Position numbers and translations under genes: made by a program | DNA from: an uncultured Fidelibacterota bacterium | GTDB taxonomy: Bacteria; Fidelibacterota; Marinisomatia; Marinisomatales; UBA1611 | Reading direction: 5' to 3' | Assembly (NCBI GenBank): GCA_913040915.1 | Contig: CAJWHW010000003.1 | Coordinates: 1-64,000 of the forward strand | Length of the DNA stretch: 64,000 nucleotides | The notes under the pieces: model-generated | Told to the model about the DNA's origin: nothing | Seen by the model: the letters and a program-made list of their open reading frames with translations, nothing else | The model's database searches: none | Shown here: positions 57,406 through 64,000 of the stretch, piece after piece | Layout of the letters: the number at the start of each line of letters is the position of its first letter | How positions within the stretch are numbered: the first letter of the stretch is position 1

Positions 57406-60339
57406 TTAATCGCACTCTACTGGAGATCGAACCAATAAAATATCTAATGGATCACTCGTTGTAATAGTTGGAATCATTAATGTAGCGCTGATACTTGATG
57501 TAAAATCATCATAACTGCAGATTGGAGGATCATCAGTTGATGTATTTGCCAGATTACAAAGTTCTTTCAAATATCGAACAGATATACTCGCATACCCATC
57601 TTCATCAGTTAAAACAATTGGTTCGCATCCAATCATTGAGTAGCCATTCCATTCTCCGTCACCTTCTCCCTGATCAGCTGTACCTTCTAAACCATCTAAA
57701 CCAAAATCATCAAAATTCTCAGAAACTTCAGATACATCCCACTCACCATCACCTGTTGTGTCAATTGCATCATGGATATTATTATAATTTCCCCAATCAA
57801 CGGTCTCAGGGTCATCATCAGCTCCATAGTCCCTCCATGAAAAACAGCCATCATTTTCGCCAGCTAATATATCTCCTGAGTCTTCTAAAGTATCCAGTCC
57901 CCAATCTTCGTAGGCTTCATATCCTACTTCTACCCAGCGACTAACACCTGTACCTACAAATGACACTGGAGCACCTACTACTGGGTTTCCATAATAGTCA
58001 ATAACAATCGCCGTGACTGTAATGTCAACGGAGTCTGTAGGAAATGGTATGCTAAAATCATGGTAGGTTGCATTCGATGTAAGTGTCACCGCTCCTGGCA
58101 GGAAAAACAAGGTAGCATCTCCTTCACCTTCATTAATGTAAGACGATAGAAAATCACTTTCACCATCACCATCCAAGTCACCAGTCGCTGTTGTTGCCCT
58201 AACTTTTCCAATATCACCAATCGCATCTGTGGAATAAATTATAAATGATCTAGCCATACCAACAGTTGCTTCACCACTTTGAACACCTTCATTATTTGTA
58301 AAACTTACGCCTTCAACTACAGCATCAATAGTTGTATCAGGAGGCAGAGGAGCAATATCCCAATAAACGTAGGTTGTATCTTCTACGGGGTTACCATGTA
58401 TATCTGAAACAAGTGCGGCACACTCAGTCCGATAAAAACCTCCACCTACAGCTTCAGTACTGTTTGGATCATATTCAGCTTCTATACGATGAGGTTGTCC
58501 AGAAGCAATTGTTACAGGTACATCAATGACAGTTAGATCATTGCTACCATCCTGGTCACAGTCACAAGTAGCAACAATTCTTACTGGTCCTGGTTCGGAC
58601 CCACTATTAATAGAAACCGTAGCCACACCATTCACAGTATAAATTGTAGCCGATGTTTGCCCAGGTGTCTCTAAGTAAGCGTCACCAACTAAAGGTTCAA
58701 TTGTGAAGACGACTGGGGTTGGTGTGTTTATTAGTGTTCCATTATCATCATAGACTTCTGCCTTAATAAAAGTCGACTCAAGCCCACCACCATCTCTAAC
58801 AACAATATCGCCTGGTATTGACGCTGGAATCTCCATAAACGCACAGGTTTGAAAAGATGGATCTTCTATATAGACCTGTAGTGAATCTTGGATTAAGGTT
58901 GATGAAAACCCTGGGTGAGAAAACGTCGCCGAAATATCGGATACACCAACATCTTCCGGATTTCCTAAGTCTGTAAATACAGCAGTATCTGTACCTACAG
59001 TATCTGTTAAACCTATAGCATTAATAAAACCTAGGGTGGCTTCATAATTGATTTGAGCATTCCCAACGGGATTTCCGAGCTTATTGAGCAGCCGCGTTAC
59101 AATATTTGCAACTGTCTCCCCTCCATCAAGGGCAATTACATCTGTGTCTGTAGTAACAAAAAGATTGTAGGGCCACACATCATCTTCAGAATAGACATTG
59201 AATCTTTCACCTTCTGTAATTTTATCTCCAAATTTTGCAACTACAGTTACACCTTCAAAATTCGGCGTTCCAGGATTATCTTTATAGGTATTGCCGCCGT
59301 CATCAAAATGAGCAATGACCTGCCCATCTGAATTAGATACACTGCTCTGATAATTTATTGTACCCACATCAACATTGCTTGATGTGGCAACAAATTCTAC
59401 AGATTGTCCTGATATTGGATTTCCAGCTGTATCAGTAACCGTTGCAATGAGCCTGGTTTGAGATGCATCCCCTGCTATATCTTCACCAACCACGACTGTA
59501 TTATTCGATTCATCAAATGAGACTGGTAAGATCTCCATTGAGAGTCCATTATCGGTTCCAATGATAACTTGGACTGAATCAGATATGGACAAATCAAAAC
59601 CTTCATGGGTAAATGTGCATACAATATTTGCTGGTCCAATATCTTCTGGAACCCCATTATCCTGAAAAGTTAAGGTAACTGCTCCTGTGCTATCTGTTTC
59701 ACCTTCAGAATCAATAAAGCCCCGATCCGTATCAAATGATAGGATAACATTTTGAAGAGGTATATTTGATTTATTCAACAGTCGCGCTTCTATTTCTGCC
59801 GTAGTAGCGCCATTATCTAACTTGATATTGTCCACGTCCGATGAAACGAATAGTGTATATGGCCACACATCATCCTTTTCCTGATAAACATTAAATTGAG
59901 CTTTTGCCGTGATAGTTGTATTTGCATATGTCGCAGTAACAGTTAGACCTTCATAATCAGGCGTTGTTGTCCTGTCAACCATTTCTTCTGAACTGTTTGG
60001 CTTAAACGTGTTCACCACCTCTCCATTCTCATCAGTATTAACAGACCTACCATTAGTATAGTCTCCACCACCGCCACCATTATCTGAAAATGTGATGCTT
60101 TCATTTTTTATCGGAGTTCCGTCTGAATTATTCAGTGTAAACACCATACGCATATTAGATGAGCCAGATACAACTTCACCAACTGATGTACCATCATTTG
60201 TAACAGCCTGTAAGGAATTAAGTGTCAGTGTAGCATTCGGGTTTGTGGTCTCTTCAGGCAGTCTTTCATCACAAGCAAGGTTCATAAAAATAATGCCGTA
60301 GAAAATGGGATAAATAGATTTTGATTTAATTTTAAACAT
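57406..60339 (-). CDS. Large acidic lipoprotein with tandem Big_1/invasin-like Ig domains
   Basis: Start MFKIKS... at 60339 with AGGAG RBS (ORF-track start 60492 overlaps pilQ); lipobox NLAC; repeated ATVTD..GNP..G..V.F and TD..G motifs. Confidence 0.75.
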   Translation of the reverse strand: MFKIKSKSIYPIFYGIIFMNLACDERLPEETTNPNATLTLNSLQAVTNDGTSVGEVVSGSSNMRMVFTLNNSDGTPIKNESITFSDNGGGGGDYTNGRSVNTDENGEVVNTFKPNSSEEMVDRTTTPDYEGLTVTATYANTTITAKAQFNVYQEKDDVWPYTLFVSSDVDNIKLDNGATTAEIEARLLNKSNIPLQNVILSFDTDRGFIDSEGETDSTGAVTLTFQDNGVPEDIGPANIVCTFTHEGFDLSISDSVQVIIGTDNGLSMEILPVSFDESNNTVVVGEDIAGDASQTRLIATVTDTAGNPISGQSVEFVATSSNVDVGTINYQSSVSNSDGQVIAHFDDGGNTYKDNPGTPNFEGVTVVAKFGDKITEGERFNVYSEDDVWPYNLFVTTDTDVIALDGGETVANIVTRLLNKLGNPVGNAQINYEATLGFINAIGLTDTVGTDTAVFTDLGNPEDVGVSDISATFSHPGFSSTLIQDSLQVYIEDPSFQTCAFMEIPASIPGDIVVRDGGGLESTFIKAEVYDDNGTLINTPTPVVFTIEPLVGDAYLETPGQTSATIYTVNGVATVSINSGSEPGPVRIVATCDCDQDGSNDLTVIDVPVTIASGQPHRIEAEYDPNSTEAVGGGFYRTECAALVSDIHGNPVEDTTYVYWDIAPLPPDTTIDAVVEGVSFTNNEGVQSGEATVGMARSFIIYSTDAIGDIGKVRATTATGDLDGDGESDFLSSYINEGEGDATLFFLPGAVTLTSNATYHDFSIPFPTDSVDITVTAIVIDYYGNPVVGAPVSFVGTGVSRWVEVGYEAYEDWGLDTLEDSGDILAGENDGCFSWRDYGADDDPETVDWGNYNNIHDAIDTTGDGEWDVSEVSENFDDFGLDGLEGTADQGEGDGEWNGYSMIGCEPIVLTDEDGYASISVRYLKELCNLANTSTDDPPICSYDDFTSSISATLMIPTITTSDPLDILLVRSPVECD

Positions 60340-60349
60340 GCTGCACTCC

Positions 60350-61783
60350 TTATTCAGAATCTTCTTCAGATTCATCATGATCTTGTTGACTATGACTATC
60401 ATCATCTTCACGTTTATCATTTTTTGGCCCTTTGATAACATAATCTTCAAATTCAACCATATCTTCAGACTTTGTAATACCTGTATATGCATCTACAACA
60501 ATCTTTGGTGTTATTTGGATAATTAAATCTGTTTTACGTTCGACGATACCATTCGATGTAAACAATTTTTTCCCCAACCATGGAATTTTGCTTAAGACCG
60601 GGACTTGGTAGGTAGTCCTTTTTTTATCATTACTTAGTAAACCACCAATGATAATTGACTCACCGTCCCTTACCCTTATCGTCGTAGATGAAATTCTGCT
60701 TTTTACACGTGGAATATTCTGGTCCGGGCCTATAAACTCGAATATTGTAGATACTTCTGGCTCTACCTTACAGGTTATATACCCATCTGTATTCACTGTA
60801 GGCAGTATATTCAGCTTGATCCCTACTTCTTCACGCTGTACCTGTACCTGACCCCCAACACCACCTGAACTAAGGATGTAGGGTACAATATCAACTAATT
60901 TAATATTGGCTTCACGACCGTTTATTGTTGTCAGCCTTGAGTTTGCCAATACTTCAGCTTTGTTTGTTTTTTGAAGCATGTCCAGTGTAATATCAAAAGC
61001 AGTGAGTTGTCGGCTAAAGTACCGTGGGATAATGGCTGTTTCATCTTTTTTATCACTCAATCTATTGAACAGCATTGTCGCAGGGAGATCACCAAGTGTC
61101 TGCTCTGCAGGGACTACGGAACCACCCCCGTCTGTTTCAGGAACACCATTTTCAGCTAAAATAGTTTTATAATTTGATAGTTTAGACCAATCAATTCCCA
61201 GCTGCTCTTCTACATCTGCCGCAACTTCAATCAACCTAGTCTCTAACATAATCTGGATTGCAGGAACATCAATTTCTCGTACAACCTGAATGATTTCAGC
61301 GATTTTTTTTGGAGAAGCATTAACCAAGAGTTTATTACCAGGGATATCAACCTGAACCTGACCTGAAATGTCCTGGAGTAAGTTTTTCACATCTTCAGCT
61401 GATGCATATTTAAGCTCTATGACATGGGAAGAGACACCCACTTCTTCTTTTAACTTTTTGGGATCAGCAATTAAAAAAGAATTACCAACTACTTCGTAGC
61501 TCAAGCCAACGGCTCTTACAACCAAGTTAATCGCCTGTTCTATTGGAACTTCATCCAAATGAATAGATATTTTATCTTGCCTGTTCACATTGGGATCAGT
61601 CACAATATTATATCCACTTTCTGATGCTAAGATCGCTAGAATACTTGGTAAAAAAGCATCTTCAGCGTGTACACTGATTAATTTTTCTTCGTTAGACTGA
61701 GTAGGCTCGCTATCTTGACCCCAGAGCGGAAAAATAACTGCCCATATCAGCGCAAGAAGTTTTACCTTTTGTAAATAGTTCAT
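60350..61783 (-). CDS. pilQ: Secretin PilQ/GspD family (compact form)
   Basis: N0-like domain, LKYASA N3 domain, IDVPAIQIMLE, LGIDW, GIKLNILP, IIGGL, VPVLSKIPWLG, IQITPKIV. Confidence 0.9.
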   Translation of the reverse strand: MNYLQKVKLLALIWAVIFPLWGQDSEPTQSNEEKLISVHAEDAFLPSILAILASESGYNIVTDPNVNRQDKISIHLDEVPIEQAINLVVRAVGLSYEVVGNSFLIADPKKLKEEVGVSSHVIELKYASAEDVKNLLQDISGQVQVDIPGNKLLVNASPKKIAEIIQVVREIDVPAIQIMLETRLIEVAADVEEQLGIDWSKLSNYKTILAENGVPETDGGGSVVPAEQTLGDLPATMLFNRLSDKKDETAIIPRYFSRQLTAFDITLDMLQKTNKAEVLANSRLTTINGREANIKLVDIVPYILSSGGVGGQVQVQREEVGIKLNILPTVNTDGYITCKVEPEVSTIFEFIGPDQNIPRVKSRISSTTIRVRDGESIIIGGLLSNDKKRTTYQVPVLSKIPWLGKKLFTSNGIVERKTDLIIQITPKIVVDAYTGITKSEDMVEFEDYVIKGPKNDKREDDDSHSQQDHDESEEDSE

Positions 61784-61804
61784 TGTGGCATATCCCTTTA
61801 AGAT

Positions 61805-62404
61805 TTAATTCTTTTTATTATTTTTTTTCAAATAGCTGTAATCAGTTCCGTGCACCCAAACCAGATTTTGATTTGTCATGGGATTGACCTTACTCTTTTG
61901 ATTGAAGCTTGTGTTCAGATTACCGGGAGCTGGATAAGCTTTAAGACCAGCACTTGTTCGGATAAGTACTTGGGTCGCATCAATCAACTCGACCTTACCA
62001 ATATTTTCTATGTTATCTCCCACCGATACAGTATAAGCTTTACCTCTGTAATCTATTTGAGCTTGAAAGTGATTATTCCTCTGATACACCAGGGCAACAC
62101 GTACTGCATTTCGGTTTCTTCTGGAACGCCTACCTGTACCGTCAGCCATCGTTAATACATTTGTCAGCATCATTGGAGTATTGTTCAATGAAAATCGAAA
62201 ATCGCTTCTCTCAGCCAAACGGTTTTCTAGATAAGCGATAATATCTTCTAATTCTTTGTCTGTACCAAATTGCAGATTATTTGACCTCTCTTTTAGTCGA
62301 TTATATTTTTTATTCATTGGAAATAGCTTAAAACTGGTAGCAATCAGGGAAACGATTGTTATGCCAACCAACAGATTCCATATAGTCACTGATCTTTCAC
62401 TCAT
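61805..62404 (-). CDS. PilP/GspC-like protein (TM-anchored, no lipobox)
   Basis: Sits between pilO and pilQ; HR-like motif AQIDYRGKAYTVSVGDNI...V..I....VLI. Confidence 0.5.
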   Translation of the reverse strand: MSERSVTIWNLLVGITIVSLIATSFKLFPMNKKYNRLKERSNNLQFGTDKELEDIIAYLENRLAERSDFRFSLNNTPMMLTNVLTMADGTGRRSRRNRNAVRVALVYQRNNHFQAQIDYRGKAYTVSVGDNIENIGKVELIDATQVLIRTSAGLKAYPAPGNLNTSFNQKSKVNPMTNQNLVWVHGTDYSYLKKNNKKN

Positions 62405-62976
62405 TAGGATACCTTCGTTTTTGATTTGACAAGCGTTATCGTTGAGAGACTGACAACAAATTCTTGATCTATTAAGTCTTCTTCCTGAATATTTGCTTTT
62501 ATCCGTTGAATTCCATTTTTCACTTCAAATTCATCAATTGTGATTAACCTCGGTGATCTCTCTATCTCAGAAAGAAATTCCCCAAATTGCTCAAATGTGC
62601 ACTCAAGTGTTATGATGTACGGTGCTTCGAAGTATGTGGTTTTATTTTTTCGTGGTTTCGGCTTTATACCCAGCAGCTCAATATCTAAAGCTTCTAACAT
62701 ATTGGTTAGATTATTTAAAAATGGGAGATTCGCATCGTCAGCCAGAGAGTCTGCTTGTGACAAGGCCAGATTCTCCTGAAATAATGTAAAGACACGGTCT
62801 AACTGACTAGCTAAAATTTGTGCACTGATTAAATTCTCATTCAGCTCAGCCTGCTCATCTTCCAACAGCCTAATATCAAATGGTTTTTCCCCGATCATTA
62901 TGGAAGAACTGACCCAGAATGTGATGGTAAGTAAAACCAGAGCGCCAAATAATAATATATTTCTTTTTTCAGCCAT
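62404..62976 (-). CDS. pilO: Type IV pilus alignment protein PilO
   Basis: N-terminal TM, coiled coil, PYIITLECTFEQFGEFLSEIERSPRLITI; synteny. Confidence 0.8.
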   Translation of the reverse strand: MAEKRNILLFGALVLLTITFWVSSSIMIGEKPFDIRLLEDEQAELNENLISAQILASQLDRVFTLFQENLALSQADSLADDANLPFLNNLTNMLEALDIELLGIKPKPRKNKTTYFEAPYIITLECTFEQFGEFLSEIERSPRLITIDEFEVKNGIQRIKANIQEEDLIDQEFVVSLSTITLVKSKTKVS

Positions 62977-62984
62977 CTATCTCT

Positions 62985-63578
62985 CTATGAATAAGATTTA
63001 CGTCGATTCTTCTTAATTGTGGCTTCAATCTCAAAGCGTACAATATCCTGTCCTCGTACATTTATTTTGCTGTGACCAACATATTTGATTTTTCCAAAAT
63101 TTTGGGAGAAATTTTTATTCCTGCGCAGCGTTTGAACATATTCATCGATAATCTCAAAATCTTTGCGATCTTCAAAGGTAAGTGCAATACCACGAACTAC
63201 CAGTTTTTGCTTTTTATATCGCAGACCCGTTATTGCCATATCATCCGGTGTCATTGTTCCAAGAATCTCTAAATTTTGAGCCCAGAGATATCTGTTCTGC
63301 TCTAAATCAGCAAAGGCAAGGATATCATCCTTGGACAAATTTTTTCCTTCAGTCTGAAGCTTGGCAATTTCATCCTTTAATCTTTGAATTTCTTCTTTCT
63401 TCTGATCAATTATTTTGTTGTATCCTAATCCTATCATCCATGTTCGAATATTTACACCCAACAGAATAATCAGTAAGACTGCGAATGTACCCCATCTGAA
63501 CTGCTCCCTTATTCGCTGAAGTCTTGTTTCTGCACTCTCAGCTTTATTCAGGTTGATAAGAATGAACTGCCTATCCAT
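62985..63578 (-). CDS. pilN: Type IV pilus alignment protein PilN
   Basis: INLN (INLLP-like) N-terminal motif, TM, coiled coil, TPDDMAIT, RGIA; synteny. Confidence 0.75.
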   Translation of the reverse strand: MDRQFILINLNKAESAETRLQRIREQFRWGTFAVLLIILLGVNIRTWMIGLGYNKIIDQKKEEIQRLKDEIAKLQTEGKNLSKDDILAFADLEQNRYLWAQNLEILGTMTPDDMAITGLRYKKQKLVVRGIALTFEDRKDFEIIDEYVQTLRRNKNFSQNFGKIKYVGHSKINVRGQDIVRFEIEATIKKNRRKSYS

Positions 63579-64000
63579 TAGACATTCCTCCCCGAATACT
63601 CAAGCCCATCGCAGTGGCATATTGACTCTTATTTGTTAATGAAATGGAATCGCTCCCTTCAATATTTTCAAATGGATCGAATGAAGTGCATTCAATATTC
63701 AGTTTACTTGTAATAAAATCTGAAAGACCCTTGGTCTCACCACCACCGCCCAATAAAAATAGTTTTAAGAAAAAACTCTGACCAGTTTGTTTCGCATAAA
63801 ACCTCAGTGATCGTCTTAAATCTTCAACTAAATTATCGTAAACAGTACGCTCAGCAATTCCAACACCTGTAGATGGTTCATCGGTTTCAACGCTGCCAAC
63901 AGCGGCTAAACCACCCTTGTAGAGTAAATCTTGTGCTTCTATATAACTAATTTCTTTTAATTGAGATAATTCTTTAACAAAATGGTGTCCACCTATAGGT
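63571..64000 (-). CDS. pilM: Type IV pilus protein PilM, 3' part (5' truncated by window)
   Basis: LVEDLRRSLRFY...IFLLGGGGETKGL...FDPFENI...YATAMGLSIRG (actin-like PilM C-terminus). Confidence 0.85.
   Translation of the reverse strand, partial: PIGGHHFVKELSQLKEISYIEAQDLLYKGGLAAVGSVETDEPSTGVGIAERTVYDNLVEDLRRSLRFYAKQTGQSFFLKLFLLGGGGETKGLSDFITSKLNIECTSFDPFENIEGSDSISLTNKSQYATAMGLSIRGGMSNG

Noticed and set aside
60340..60492. ORF-track N-terminal extension of the Ig lipoprotein (1028 aa)
   Set aside because: It overlaps the pilQ 3' end in another frame; the ATG at 60339 has an AGGAG RBS and gives a proper lipoprotein signal
1..64000. Many short 60-140 aa ORFs antisense to or nested in long genes
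   Set aside because: Shadow ORFs of well-supported genes with no recognisable motifs
1..64000. CRISPR arrays, tRNA/rRNA genes, transposases or integrases, prophage
   Set aside because: Intergenic gaps are short (all under about 200 bp) and no such repeats or protein motifs were recognised by eye; a covariance-model search would be needed to exclude small ncRNAs

Overview
AT-rich, gene-dense bacterial window from a diderm organism (waaA, a GT9 heptosyltransferase and a secretin are present). Gene content and protein style suggest the FCB group, most plausibly Ca. Marinimicrobia; this is inference only. Bases 1-7.3 kb hold the end of a cystathionine beta-synthase/cysteine synthase, a GH1 glycosidase fused to a TlpA-like thioredoxin domain, two tandem paralogous Cys-rich lipoproteins and an Omp28-like lipoprotein. 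Bases 7.3-32.2 kb are mostly housekeeping genes (rimO, ftsY, pgsA-like, waaA, GT9, polyprenyl synthase, tatC, meaB, Crp/Fnr, rpsT, guaB, hutH, dinG, geranylgeranyl reductase, NSS transporter, ridA, alaS). The main point of interest is 34.7-64 kb, one tightly packed minus-strand run of at least 21 genes. It joins a type IV pilus/T2SS-like machine (pilMNO-P-like-Q, a large Ig-repeat lipoprotein, pilB, pilC, a short pilD) to poly-gamma-glutamate synthesis genes (pgsB-pgsC-pgsW). Directly downstream of pgsW are a very basic exported protein, a candidate export beta-barrel, propeller proteins and an M14 carboxypeptidase. Two C25 (gingipain/PorU-like) paralogues flank this block, and both lack the canonical catalytic His. 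This looks like a candidate diderm polyglutamate synthesis/export/anchoring system. No rRNA, tRNA, CRISPR array or mobile element was recognised.
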